Source of the DNA: Clostridia bacterium
GTDB taxonomy: Bacteria > Bacillota > Clostridia > Oscillospirales > CAG-272
Reading direction: 5' to 3'
Assembly (NCBI GenBank): GCA_017473085.1
Contig: JAFUNF010000018.1
Location: forward strand, 11,886 to 75,885
DNA: 64,000 bases
In this document: piece by piece, positions 16,670 through 26,213 of the stretch
How positions within the stretch are numbered: position 1 is the first letter of the stretch
Layout: each line of letters begins with the position of its first letter
Program-made: the position numbers and the translations under genes
The notes under the pieces: generated by a model
Told to the model about the DNA's origin: nothing
The model's input: only the letters and a program-made list of their open reading frames with translations
The model's database searches: none

Positions 16670-17632
16670 TTATTTCTTATTTCTCTTTTTGTCGGGGCAG
16701 ATGACGATTTTTCTGTTTTCGTCGTAGCCGACGGAGTGAGTTGAAACGCCCTCGATGCCTTGGATTTCAGAGTGAATAATCATTCTTTCGTAAGGATTCA
16801 TTGGCTCAAGTGGTACGTTTCTTTGATACTTAATAGCCTTGTCTGCCATTTTTCTTGCAAGGGCACGAAGTGTTTGCTCTCTCTTTTCACGATAGCCAGC
16901 AATGTCAACGATAACCTTAACGTATTCCTTGTGGTCGCCCTCGCTCTTACGTGCTAAGCAAAGGTTTGCAAGGTATTGAAGTGCGTCAAGCATATCGCCT
17001 CTGTGACCGATAAGGGAAGGAGCCTCCTCGCCCTCAATTGTGATTGTTCTTGAAACAAAGCCCTTGTCGTTTACGGTAAGGTCGCCCTTAACCTCGCAGG
17101 AAAGACCGATGTCACGAATAAAGTCACGTAGGAAGTTCATAGCAAGGGTCTTTTCCTCAACTGTTACGTTGATGTTTTCTTCCTTTTGCTCCTTAGTAAG
17201 AATTACCTTTTCTTCCTTATTTTCTACTTTATTTTCTACTTTGTTTTCTGCCTTCTTTTCTGCCTTAACCTCAGGCTTTACCTCTGGCTTTGGCTCAATC
17301 TTCTTTTCTTGCTTTTTCTCAGCCTTAGGCTCTTGCTTTTTTGCCTCTTCCTTCTTAGGCTGTGGCTTTTGCTCCTTCTTTTGCTCCTGCTTTTGTGGTT
17401 GTGGCTTCTTAGCCTCTGGCTTTGGCTCTTGTTTCTTTTCAGGCTTTTTCTCTTGAATACCGTCGTCGATTATAACCTTAATCTCTGCAGGCTTGCTTCC
17501 AATACCTAAAAAGCCCTTTTTACCTGAGCTAATAACCTCAATTTCTAAATCGCCAAGCTGTCCATAAATGTCGTTTGCCTTTGCATAAGCCTCTTCTACG
17601 GTCTTAGCTGTTATTTTAAATTCCTGTTTCAT
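16670..17632 (-). CDS. jag: RNA-binding protein Jag/KhpB (Jag_N, KH and R3H domains) with an expanded K/E/P-rich linker
   Basis: Conserved position downstream of yidC. The C-terminal KH/R3H region (ERMIIHSEIQGIEGVSTHSVG) is present. About 110 aa of lysine/glutamate/proline low complexity sits in the middle. Confidence 0.85.
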   Translation of the reverse strand: MKQEFKITAKTVEEAYAKANDIYGQLGDLEIEVISSGKKGFLGIGSKPAEIKVIIDDGIQEKKPEKKQEPKPEAKKPQPQKQEQKKEQKPQPKKEEAKKQEPKAEKKQEKKIEPKPEVKPEVKAEKKAENKVENKVENKEEKVILTKEQKEENINVTVEEKTLAMNFLRDFIRDIGLSCEVKGDLTVNDKGFVSRTITIEGEEAPSLIGHRGDMLDALQYLANLCLARKSEGDHKEYVKVIVDIAGYREKREQTLRALARKMADKAIKYQRNVPLEPMNPYERMIIHSEIQGIEGVSTHSVGYDENRKIVICPDKKRNKK

Positions 17633-18678
17633 TGTTCTGTGTCTCCGTTTTCGTCGTCTGTGTCTGTATCAGCCTTTGGCTTCTTTTTCTTGTTATTGAC
17701 CTTCAATTCCTTTTCTATCCTCTTAATATCCTCGTCGGTGTACTTAGGATATGGCATAGTCTTTGCCAAAATAAACTGCTGAAGGGTGTTTAAAATAGTT
17801 CTGAAAATCCAGTAAACACCGATTGCTGCAGGGAAAGTAAAGGTAAAGAACATAGACATAAGAGGCATTGTGTAAAGCATGATATTCATTGAGCCCATAG
17901 CGCCCTGTTGGCTTGCCTCTTGCTGTGCACTTTGATACGAAATTTTCTTTGAAATAAATTGTGAAAGATAGGTAAGTCCAAGGTTCACCAGTGGAATGAA
18001 AATAAGCCACCAGTAGCTTTGACCAAATGCGTTCCAAGGGGTAATTCCAAGCTCTGTGCCAAACATAGTTGCATCAGGCAAGAACTTTGGATTAATGCTT
18101 TCAAGCTGTGCAACAACTGATGTAGCCTGCTCAGGTGAAACAATCCATTGTCCCGCAGTTTCAGATGGCACCGCAACAATCTTTTCTGCCCAGCTACCAC
18201 TAAAGCTTCTGATTTTATCTGCTAAGCTTATTTGGTACGCATTTACACCTGTATCTACGCCCAATGCTCTTGCAATAATTCCACAAGCCTCGCTACTTAA
18301 ACCAGTAATAAACTCAAGTGGACGTCTTACAACCTCGTAAAGAGGGAAAATTACAATAAGCTGAATAATCATTGGTAGGCAACCACCAAGAGGGCTATAA
18401 CCCTCCTTTTGATAAAGTGCACTTAGCTCATCCTGATACTTTTTCATAGTAACCTGATCGTTTCTACCTGCGTACTTCTTACGAAGAATTACCTCATAAG
18501 GACGAAGTGAGGCTTGCTTTATCATATTTTTTTGTTGTCTGATACCAAATACCAAGCACATAATAATTTGTAGCACTAATGCGTACAAAAGAAGTGCCAA
18601 AACGTAGTTTTGTGTCAGCCAATAACAGCCCTTCATCAAATAGGCAAAGGGCAGTGTCAGGGTATCCCAAAATCCCAT
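17629..18678 (-). CDS. yidC: membrane protein insertase YidC/Oxa1 family
   Basis: Polytopic protein with GCLPMIIQLIVIFPLY. Overlaps jag by 4 nt. Confidence 0.9.
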   Translation of the reverse strand: MGFWDTLTLPFAYLMKGCYWLTQNYVLALLLYALVLQIIMCLVFGIRQQKNMIKQASLRPYEVILRKKYAGRNDQVTMKKYQDELSALYQKEGYSPLGGCLPMIIQLIVIFPLYEVVRRPLEFITGLSSEACGIIARALGVDTGVNAYQISLADKIRSFSGSWAEKIVAVPSETAGQWIVSPEQATSVVAQLESINPKFLPDATMFGTELGITPWNAFGQSYWWLIFIPLVNLGLTYLSQFISKKISYQSAQQEASQQGAMGSMNIMLYTMPLMSMFFTFTFPAAIGVYWIFRTILNTLQQFILAKTMPYPKYTDEDIKRIEKELKVNNKKKKPKADTDTDDENGDTEQ

Positions 18679-18935
18679 TATTTATCTTCTCCTGTTTTGT
18701 TCTCCTGCCTTTTAAAGGTAAACCTTTCTGGGACAGGGTCGTAGCCCCCCTTTGAATAGGGGTTACATCTTAGTAATCTCCAAGAGGCAAGCAAGCCCCC
18801 ACGGATTACTCCAAATTTTTCAATTGCCTCAATTGCATACTCTGAGCAGGTAGGCGTAAACCTACAAGCAGGTGGCAAAAGAGGGGAAATAAATTTTTTA
18901 TATACCCTAAAGGGAAATGTAAAAATTTTCTTCAT
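18678..18935 (-). CDS. yidD: membrane protein insertion efficiency factor YidD
   Basis: [19 protein letters not shown] motif. 85 aa. Confidence 0.85.
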   Translation of the reverse strand: MKKIFTFPFRVYKKFISPLLPPACRFTPTCSEYAIEAIEKFGVIRGGLLASWRLLRCNPYSKGGYDPVPERFTFKRQENKTGEDK

Positions 18936-18966
18936 CTTAAATAAATAATAAATTGTATCAAATAGA

Positions 18967-19362
18967 TTACTCGGCTTGTCCGTTTCCTGTCTTTATAAGA
19001 CCGATTGACAAAAGTGCTTTTTCAAGCTCCTTTTTAATTTCTGTGCTCTTTTTTCTTTCACAGCCTGCTCGAGCAACTAAGACTAACAAATAGCCCTTTT
19101 CTATTTGATTTTCCTTTTCTATCTGTCTTAAAGCCTCTCTTAATACTCTTTTAATCTTATTACGAACAACGGCACCACCAAGCTTCTTTGAAACAGTGAG
19201 CCCCACACGATTGACATATTCCTTTTGAGGATTGGCTTTCATAAGCCTTTTTGCGTGGTAGTCCTTAAGTGCATAAGCAACAACGCTTTTGCAAACGTGC
19301 TTTTTGCCCTTTGTATAGACCTTTGAGTATAAATGGTTTTCAGTAATTGCAATATGCTTCAT
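18967..19362 (-). CDS. rnpA: ribonuclease P protein component
   Basis: Basic protein with the RNR-type motif ([13 protein letters not shown]), downstream of rpmH. The start is set to ATG 19362 with RBS AAGGAAG. Confidence 0.85.
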   Translation of the reverse strand: MKHIAITENHLYSKVYTKGKKHVCKSVVAYALKDYHAKRLMKANPQKEYVNRVGLTVSKKLGGAVVRNKIKRVLREALRQIEKENQIEKGYLLVLVARAGCERKKSTEIKKELEKALLSIGLIKTGNGQAE

Positions 19363-19458
19363 AATAACCGCTTCCTTTAATTTTGCAGGCAAGCTCCTGC
19401 ACTTTATTCATTCACGATTTCTATTTGGGACATTAAGGCTGTGTCCCGAGCCTGAAAC

Positions 19459-19490
19459 GAAAAAACGGGACTGCAATGCAAAGCAGTCCC
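19459..19490 (-). terminator. terminator/attenuator hairpin after rpmH
   Basis: The minus strand reads gggactgc-tttgcatt-gcagtccc followed by GTTTTTT. Confidence 0.6.
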
Positions 19491-19514
19491 GACCTTTAAG
19501 CATGCAAAAAACAA

Positions 19515-19649
19515 TTAGTAAGTAAGTCTTGCTCTGCCCTTAGCGCGTCTTCTCTTCAAAACTTTTCTACCGTCAGCGGTTCTCATTCTCTTTCTGAAGC
19601 CGTGCTCTTTTTTTCTTTGACGCTTCTTTGGTTGGTAAGTTCTTAACAT
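19515..19649 (-). CDS. rpmH: 50S ribosomal protein L34
   Basis: [44 protein letters not shown] (44 aa). RBS GGAGGTG. The track's N-terminal extension is rejected. Confidence 0.9.
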   Translation of the reverse strand: MLRTYQPKKRQRKKEHGFRKRMRTADGRKVLKRRRAKGRARLTY

Positions 19650-19737
19650 AGTAGCACCTCCTTGATTCAAATTGGAAGCCGTATTTACATACGCAATCTG
19701 ATAAACAATTTCTTTATTGTGTTTTAAGACAACTAAT

Positions 19738-19766
19738 ATTATACACATAAGGGGGGACTTTGTCAA
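19738..19766 (-). promoter_or_regulatory. consensus sigma-A promoter of the rpmH operon
   Basis: The minus strand reads TTGACA, aagtccccccttatgtg (17 nt), TATAAT. Confidence 0.7.
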
Positions 19767-19829
19767 GCCTTTTTTTCTACAAAAGCCGAATTTTACTGCT
19801 CAAGTCCCCTATCTCTTACCCCTGAATGA

Positions 19830-21821
19830 TTACTTTTTCTTGGGGGAGTGTCTGTTTTTGTCTGCTTTCGACCTTGTCAAGGACACCCTTTTTTGTGGTA
19901 TTTTTTCCGTCTTAGCCCTTTGATTTTTTGTATTTTTGCCTTGATTTTTTGTATTTTTGGCTTTCTTGCTATTATCCTTATTTTTTTGATTTTGAGCCTT
20001 GAAATACTCGGAGCCGACCCTTAAATCAGGCTTTACTAAGCATTTACCATCAAAGCCGATTAGGTCCTCTTTGCCTGCTTTTGTAACTGCCTCTCTTACA
20101 AGATTTCTGTTTTCGGGCTTCTTGTATTGTAAAAGGGCTCTTTGCATTAGCTTCTCACGATAATCGTCTGCTACATATACCTTTTTGTTGTCAAGTGGAT
20201 TTATGCCTGTATAGTACATAACCGTTGAGGCTGTGCCAGGTGTTGGATAAAAATCCTGCACCTGCTCTGGATTCAAGCCCTGCTCCTTTAGATAAAGGGC
20301 AAGGTCAATTGCATCCTCAATTGTACTGCCTGGGTGGGAGGACATAAGATATGGCACTAAATATTGCTCAAGTCCACATTGGGAGGAAAGCTTAAAATAC
20401 TTTTCCTTAAACTTATTGTAAACCGAAATATCAGGCTTGCCCATATGCTTTAGCACCACCGAGGAGCAATGCTCAGGGGCTACCTTTAATTGACCACTTA
20501 CGTGGTCCTTAACTAACTTTTTAAAGAAAGCATCACTCTTATCGCACATCATATAGTCAAAGCGAATACCCGAGCGAATAAACACCTTTTTTACCTTAGG
20601 TAACGTCTCAACTCGCTTTAAAAGCTCTATGTATTCCGAATGGTCTGCCTTTAAATTCGGACACGGGGTAGGCACTAAGCATTTTCTGTTAGTGCATACG
20701 CCACTTTTTAGTTGCTTATCACAGGCAGGGTATCTGAAGTTGGCAGTAGGACCTCCTATATCGTGAATATAGCCCTTAAAATCACTCATTTCTGTAATAA
20801 GCTTAGCCTCATTAACAACCGACTCTATGCTTCTTGACCTTACCTGTCTTCCTTGATGGAAGGCAAGGGCGCAAAAGTTACAAGCACCAAAGCAACCACG
20901 ATTGTGGGTAATTGAGAATTTAACCTCGCTGATTGCAGGCACTCCACCCTCTTTTTCATACACAGGGTGGTAGTTTCTCATATATGGAAGTGCATAAACC
21001 TTGTCAAGCTCCTCTCTTTCAAGGGGGTAGGCAGGTGGGTTTTGCACTAACTTTTTATTGTCGTAATATTCAACTATCGCCTTACCACTTATGGCATCTT
21101 GATTTTTATATTGAATACCAAAGGCACGAGCATACTCCTGTTTGCTTTCCTTTATTAAATTAAAGTCAAGCTCTGCCCCTACCTCAAAGGGTATTTCGTC
21201 CTCTCTCTTACAGAGATAAACACAGCCACGCTCCCCGCGAATTTTCTTAACAGGCACGCCCTTGTCAAGTAGCTTAGCTATCTTTAAAATAATGCTCTCG
21301 CCCATTCCGTAGGTCAGAATATCGGCACGACTATCAACAAGTATGCTTCTTCGTATTTTGTTGTCCCAATAATCGTAGTGGGCAAAGCGACGAAGAGACG
21401 CCTCAAGTCCACCTAAAATAATCGGCACATCTCCGTAAGCCTCTCTTATTCTGTTTGAATAAACTATAACGGCACGATCAGGTCGCTTACCCATTTTGCC
21501 ACCTGCCGAATAGTAATCATAGCTTCTCTTCTTTTTAGATACAGTATAGTGAGCAACCATTGAGTCAATATTTCCTGCACTTACAAGAAAGCCTAAGCGA
21601 GGCTTACCAAATCTTTTAAAATCCTCTGCACTTTTGTAGTCAGGCTGTGCCAAAACTGCAACCTTAAAGCCTGCATTTTCTAAAACCCTTGTAATTATAG
21701 CAGTGCCAAAGGACGGATGGTCCACGTAAGCGTCTCCACTTACGTAAACAAAATCAGGCACACCCCAGCCAAGTGCGTCGCACTCCTCTTTTGTTATTGG
21801 CAAAAAGCCCTTTTTTGACAT
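19830..21821 (-). CDS. ygiQ: YgiQ family radical SAM protein (UPF0313)
   Basis: CxxxCxxC cluster (CFGACNFCAL) and the YgiQ-type N- and C-terminal domains. Has a lysine/asparagine-rich C-terminal tail. Confidence 0.8.
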   Translation of the reverse strand: MSKKGFLPITKEECDALGWGVPDFVYVSGDAYVDHPSFGTAIITRVLENAGFKVAVLAQPDYKSAEDFKRFGKPRLGFLVSAGNIDSMVAHYTVSKKKRSYDYYSAGGKMGKRPDRAVIVYSNRIREAYGDVPIILGGLEASLRRFAHYDYWDNKIRRSILVDSRADILTYGMGESIILKIAKLLDKGVPVKKIRGERGCVYLCKREDEIPFEVGAELDFNLIKESKQEYARAFGIQYKNQDAISGKAIVEYYDNKKLVQNPPAYPLEREELDKVYALPYMRNYHPVYEKEGGVPAISEVKFSITHNRGCFGACNFCALAFHQGRQVRSRSIESVVNEAKLITEMSDFKGYIHDIGGPTANFRYPACDKQLKSGVCTNRKCLVPTPCPNLKADHSEYIELLKRVETLPKVKKVFIRSGIRFDYMMCDKSDAFFKKLVKDHVSGQLKVAPEHCSSVVLKHMGKPDISVYNKFKEKYFKLSSQCGLEQYLVPYLMSSHPGSTIEDAIDLALYLKEQGLNPEQVQDFYPTPGTASTVMYYTGINPLDNKKVYVADDYREKLMQRALLQYKKPENRNLVREAVTKAGKEDLIGFDGKCLVKPDLRVGSEYFKAQNQKNKDNSKKAKNTKNQGKNTKNQRAKTEKIPQKRVSLTRSKADKNRHSPKKK

Positions 21822-21883
21822 ATTCTTTCCCCTTTAATGAAAGAACAGATACAAACGCATCTGTTCTTCTCTCTTTTTAAAAT

Positions 21884-22013
21884 CAACCGACAGGTTGTAT
21901 ATCATCACGCAAGGCGTGTATATCATCAACCCTTGGTTGTATATCATCACTACCACAGGTAGTGTATATCATCAACCTCTAGGTTGTATATCATCACAAC
22001 GAAGTTGTGTATC
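21884..22013. repeat. hairpin-linker array, TATATCAT flavour (6 hairpins, 5 linkers)
   Basis: caacc-gaca-ggttg, TATATCAT, cacgc-aag-gcgtg, TATATCAT, caacc-ctt-ggttg, TATATCAT, cactacc-aca-ggtagtg, TATATCAT, caacctctaggttg, TATATCAT, cacaac-gaa-gttgtg. Confidence 0.8.
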
Positions 22014-22307
22014 CTACTCCTCGTCGTCCTCTTCTGCCAAAAGGTCGATGATGTCATTTGCGATTTTTTCGTCCTCAACGTAGTTAAGGCAATCCTTTTC
22101 CTCGTCAACCTGGAAGATAAGCACCTCGTCCTCGCCTACTCCCTCAAGCTTTGTTATAGGAGCAAGAACTGCGTAGTAGCTACCCTCGTAATCTACAAGT
22201 GCAACTTGGTCGAACTCAACCTCCTTGCCACTATTGTCCTTTATAGTAATTGGCTCAAAGTTATTATCATCAAAGAGCCTGTCAACGAATCTCTCATTAT
22301 TAGCCAT
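22014..22307 (-). CDS. DUF1292 family protein
   Basis: 97-aa acidic protein (MANNERFVDRLFDDNNFEPITIKDNSGKEVEF...YYAVL). RBS GGAGG. The start overlaps the dnaB end by 8 nt. Confidence 0.75.
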   Translation of the reverse strand: MANNERFVDRLFDDNNFEPITIKDNSGKEVEFDQVALVDYEGSYYAVLAPITKLEGVGEDEVLIFQVDEEKDCLNYVEDEKIANDIIDLLAEEDDEE

Positions 22308-23658
22308 AATATCCTCCACTTCCATCGCCCATATTCTTTTCAAGGCTTGAAAACTTAGTAAATTCACCAGTCCAGCCCATTTGAACTGTACCTGTGTTAC
22401 CCTGACGGTTTTTAGCAACGATAACGTCAACTAAATGAGCCTTTTCAGGGTCCTCTCCGTAGTAGTCACGAGAGAGGAATATAACCTTGTCCGCATCCTG
22501 CTCGATTGAGCCTGACTCACGAAGGTCAGAAAGCATAGGCTTTCTCTTTTCCTTTTCCTTTTCAGATGCACGACCTAACTGTGAGCAGGTAATAACAGGC
22601 ACGTTTAATTCAAGTGCCAATAGCTTAAGACCTCTTGTAAGGTCAGAAACCTCGTTTACACGAGAGCCGTCCTTACGAAGCTTATCAGATTGCATAAGCT
22701 GAAGGTAGTCAACTATTACAAGCCCAAGATTTTTAATTCTGCGAAGCTTGGACTTCATTGCGTTTATAGTAATGTTAGATGTATCATCAATAAAAATGTT
22801 TGTTTCGGAAAGGGTTGCCGAGGCATAAGCCAAGCTATCCCAATCCTTTTCCTCCAATTGACCTGTACGAAGCTTAGTTGCATCAATCAGTGCCTCGGAG
22901 GACAAGATTCTTGAAACTAACGCCTCATTAGGCATTTCAAGGGAGAAAATACAAACGGCTTGCTTAGATTTTTTAGCCACGTTTGCACCTATGTTAAGAC
23001 AAAAGGCAGTTTTACCTACACCAGGACGAGCGCCAACAATAATAAGTTCACCCTTGCCAAGACCTACAATCATACTGTCAAGGTCCTTAAAGCCACAGGG
23101 TAAGCCCTTACCCTCGCTTGGGTTTTCCTTTAGCTCCTTCAGATTTTCGCAAACCTGCACTAAAACGTCTCTTATATGAACAAAGTCACGCTTTTCATTT
23201 CTTTCAGCAATTTCAAAAATTCTTTGCTCAGCTACGTCAACAAGGTTTTCAACGGTATCGTTTTCCTCGTATGCGTCCTTTTCAATTTGTTGAGACGCCT
23301 CAATAAGTCTTCTTAAAACGCTCTTATCGTAAACTATCTTTACATAGTCCCTGATATTAGCAGTTGTAGGCACAATATCAACCAAAAGCTGAATGTAGGA
23401 GTGAGCAGCACTCTCGTCGCTATAAATACCAGAGGTAACTATTGCATTAATTACAGCAATATTGTCAACTGCCTTGTTTTCACTCTTTAAATCAACTATT
23501 GTTTCGTAAATTTTTTGGTGGTCCTCAACATAGAAGTCTCTTGGCTTAAGGCTTTGACTTGCTATCTCGTAGCACACCTCAGGGTCTGCAATAATACAAC
23601 CCAAAACTGCCTGCTCTGCATCAACAGAATAGGGCATTTTTCTTTGTAGTGAGTCCAT
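22300..23658 (-). CDS. dnaB: replicative DNA helicase
   Basis: Walker A GARPGVGKTAF, LVIVDYLQLM and SQLGRASEKE motifs. 452 aa. Confidence 0.9.
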   Translation of the reverse strand: MDSLQRKMPYSVDAEQAVLGCIIADPEVCYEIASQSLKPRDFYVEDHQKIYETIVDLKSENKAVDNIAVINAIVTSGIYSDESAAHSYIQLLVDIVPTTANIRDYVKIVYDKSVLRRLIEASQQIEKDAYEENDTVENLVDVAEQRIFEIAERNEKRDFVHIRDVLVQVCENLKELKENPSEGKGLPCGFKDLDSMIVGLGKGELIIVGARPGVGKTAFCLNIGANVAKKSKQAVCIFSLEMPNEALVSRILSSEALIDATKLRTGQLEEKDWDSLAYASATLSETNIFIDDTSNITINAMKSKLRRIKNLGLVIVDYLQLMQSDKLRKDGSRVNEVSDLTRGLKLLALELNVPVITCSQLGRASEKEKEKRKPMLSDLRESGSIEQDADKVIFLSRDYYGEDPEKAHLVDVIVAKNRQGNTGTVQMGWTGEFTKFSSLEKNMGDGSGGYYG

Positions 23659-23659
23659 T

Positions 23660-24106
23660 TTACTTCTCCACTACCACAACAGAAAGCTTTCCTGTAACCT
23701 CTGGGTAAACCTTTACCTCAAGCAAGTAGGTGCCAAAGGCTTTAATTGGGGAGTCAAGTTGAATTTTTCTCTTGTCGATTTCAATACCACATTGACCCTT
23801 AAGTGCCTCTGCAATATCCTTAGCAGTAATTGCACCGTAGAATCTACCCTCATTGCCTGCCTCTGCCCTGATTTCAACCTTGCAAGAGGAAACCTTCTCT
23901 GCAAGTGCCTTAGCCTCTGCCTTTTCTACATCCTTACGATGCTTGTCAGAGCTTTCCTTATTTTTAACATCATTGATTGCCTTAGCATCTGCTACAATTG
24001 CAAGCTTTCTTGGGAAAAGAAAGTTTCTTGCATAGCCCTCGCTTACGTCAATGATTTGATTTTTCTTACCTTGGGACTTAACGTCCTGTAAAAGTACAAC
24101 CTTCAT
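23660..24106 (-). CDS. rplI: 50S ribosomal protein L9
   Basis: [36 protein letters not shown]. Conserved gdpP-rplI-dnaB order. Confidence 0.9.
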   Translation of the reverse strand: MKVVLLQDVKSQGKKNQIIDVSEGYARNFLFPRKLAIVADAKAINDVKNKESSDKHRKDVEKAEAKALAEKVSSCKVEIRAEAGNEGRFYGAITAKDIAEALKGQCGIEIDKRKIQLDSPIKAFGTYLLEVKVYPEVTGKLSVVVVEK

Positions 24107-24116
24107 TTTTTACTCC

Positions 24117-26132
24117 TTAATCATCTATACTAATTTTGTTGTCAATTGCCTGCTTAAGTCTTGCAAGCACCTGTTGAATAGTTGGCTCCTTTTCGCTTAA
24201 GGTAACCTGTGCGCCTGCTGCATCATAGCGACCGCCACCATTCATTTCCTCAAGTATGAGCTGAACGTTTACAGCTCCATTGGACCTTGCCGAAATTACA
24301 ACCTTGTTACCAATTTTAACAAGAGCAAAGCTTGCCGCAACTCCATCAAGGGTTAGCATATTGTCAGCTATCTTAGCTGCCAAAATTCTATCCTGAGAAT
24401 CCTTACCAGATTCATTTATTGCAATAGCAAAGCAATTGCGATAAATATCGAGCTTTTCAGCAAATTTTATTTCCTTCTTGTAATCAGCTATGCTTGTCTT
24501 GAAAAGATTTTGAATTCTTTCGTATTGAGCACCTCTGTCTCTAAGATACATAGCCGCAGAATAGGTCTTTGTGCCTGCACCCTTTGTAAAGTTCTTAGTA
24601 TCAAGCACAATACCCGAATAAAGCATATCTGCATCAGTAGGTGTCAAGAAATCAACAGGCACAGCCTGTTCAAGAAGCTCAGCCACAATTTCACTTGCGC
24701 TTGAGGCACTTGGCTCGATATAGTCAAGCACAGGCTTCTTTTCAAACTCAGCAGTTTTACGATGGTGGTCAATGATAATTATATCGTCAACCATTCTTGC
24801 AAGGTCACGAGATTCAAACATTGCCACATTATTTACGTCGACAATTACCAAAAGTGTATCAGTTCTCACAAGGTTAAGACCCTTGGAGGAGTCAACGAAT
24901 ACGCCCTTAAGATTGTCATAATGCTCAAGGTGCTTAAAGCATCTTTTTACATTTGAGTCCTTAAAGTCGGTTACAATATTTACTCTCTTTTTATACATCA
25001 TTGCAAGCCTTGCAATACCAACTGAGGCACCAATTGCATCAAAGTCAGGAGACTTATGTGCCATAACAAGCACATTGCCTGCCATATTAATGCGATTTAC
25101 AAGCTCGGTAGCAATAACACGAGACCTAACCTTAATTCTGTTTTGGAGAGTGTTTACAAGTCCACCATAGAAGGAAACCTTTTCGCCGATTTTAACAGCT
25201 GCTTGGTCGCCACCACGCTGAAGAGCCATATCAAGTGCCTGCTGTGCAACCTTTTCCTTTTCTCCCATAGTGCCGTCAACCAAGGCAACACCCATAGAAA
25301 GAGTAACAGGAATATTGCTCTTTCCAACCTTGATTTCTCTAACCTTATCCAGCACGTTAAATTTAGTCTCAATAAAAGCATCAAGATTTTCGCTATCGAA
25401 AATAAAGATATACTTATCCTTTTCGTACTCTCTTAAAAATCCGTTTACAGAATCGCACCAGTTACGAAGAATACTCTCGATTTTAGCAGAAATTTCACGA
25501 TACCTATCCTGCTCGAATCTTAAAAGCTCGTCAATGTTGTCGATAATAACATAAGAAACAACCTTTTCCTTGTTCTTAATGAAGGTTCTGAGCTCGATTA
25601 ATTCCGTTACATTTCTAAAGGTGAGCAATATGTTTATTTCATTTCTGTAATTTATAGTGGTTTCCTCAACAAGATATTTCTCGTTTGCAAAATCAACTAT
25701 GTCTGAATATTTTTCCTTAGGGTCCCTGTTTGCAATAAGAGTGTACTTAAAAATCTTTTGTGCGTTAAGCCCAACGACCTTGCTCTGATTCATAGTCTTA
25801 GGTACAAATTGGTTAGTCCAAAGAACACGACCATCCTGAGTGCAAATCAAGGCAGGCTCATCGTTTACGTAAATTTTATCGTAAATTATGTCCTCAATTT
25901 TTATTTGTGAGGTAGCTCCTGCCCTTTTTCCAAGAATAATACTAAGGGCTACAAGCCCTGCGAAAAGCAAGGCAAAAAGCACAATACCTAAAATCCCAAA
26001 TAAAAGGGTACTTTGTGGGAATTTGTTTATTAAAATTACCTCTGCAAGCATAATTGAAAATGCAAGAATGGGTATCAATATACGAAAGGCTATTTTTTTG
26101 AAGTCAATTTTTCTTTTGTATGGATTTTTCAT
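24117..26132 (-). CDS. gdpP: DHH/DHHA1 phosphoesterase, GdpP-type (putative c-di-AMP phosphodiesterase)
   Basis: Two N-terminal TM helices, a PAS-like and degenerate GGDEF-like middle region, then DHH (HKSPDFDAIG) and DHHA1 (GGGRYDAAGAQ) domains. 671 aa. Confidence 0.8.
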   Translation of the reverse strand: MKNPYKRKIDFKKIAFRILIPILAFSIMLAEVILINKFPQSTLLFGILGIVLFALLFAGLVALSIILGKRAGATSQIKIEDIIYDKIYVNDEPALICTQDGRVLWTNQFVPKTMNQSKVVGLNAQKIFKYTLIANRDPKEKYSDIVDFANEKYLVEETTINYRNEINILLTFRNVTELIELRTFIKNKEKVVSYVIIDNIDELLRFEQDRYREISAKIESILRNWCDSVNGFLREYEKDKYIFIFDSENLDAFIETKFNVLDKVREIKVGKSNIPVTLSMGVALVDGTMGEKEKVAQQALDMALQRGGDQAAVKIGEKVSFYGGLVNTLQNRIKVRSRVIATELVNRINMAGNVLVMAHKSPDFDAIGASVGIARLAMMYKKRVNIVTDFKDSNVKRCFKHLEHYDNLKGVFVDSSKGLNLVRTDTLLVIVDVNNVAMFESRDLARMVDDIIIIDHHRKTAEFEKKPVLDYIEPSASSASEIVAELLEQAVPVDFLTPTDADMLYSGIVLDTKNFTKGAGTKTYSAAMYLRDRGAQYERIQNLFKTSIADYKKEIKFAEKLDIYRNCFAIAINESGKDSQDRILAAKIADNMLTLDGVAASFALVKIGNKVVISARSNGAVNVQLILEEMNGGGRYDAAGAQVTLSEKEPTIQQVLARLKQAIDNKISIDD

Positions 26133-26213
26133 TTTTCCGCGACCTCCTTTTTATTTATAACTTTCATAATAGATGATGATAAATAAACAGATTTTTAAGG
26201 ACAGAACCGCGGT

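Noticed and set aside
17040-17509. ORFs 17040-17456 and 17186-17509 antisense to jag.
   Set aside because: These are low-complexity translations of the K/E/P-rich linker DNA (poly-L/F/S). There are no start signals.
19650-19830. oriC / DnaA-box cluster upstream of rpmH.
   Set aside because: The interval is only about 180 nt. It contains a consensus promoter but no TTATCCACA-type boxes, and dnaA is not adjacent.
21884-22013. Hairpin-linker arrays as CRISPR arrays (also 41283-41466, 33301-33540, 55117-55217).
   Set aside because: The conserved units are only 7-10 nt. The intervening units are 9-24 nt and self-complementary. The period is about 20-25 nt rather than about 60-70 nt. There is no leader and no cas gene anywhere in the window.
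21895-22358. Track ORFs 21895-22083 and 21984-22358 (and 41177-41443, 41296-41508, 41307-41657) as protein-coding genes.
   Set aside because: They are read-throughs of the repeat arrays, with periodic YII or HQP words. They have no RBS and overlap better-supported features (DUF1292, the tRNA terminator and the four-helix-bundle gene).
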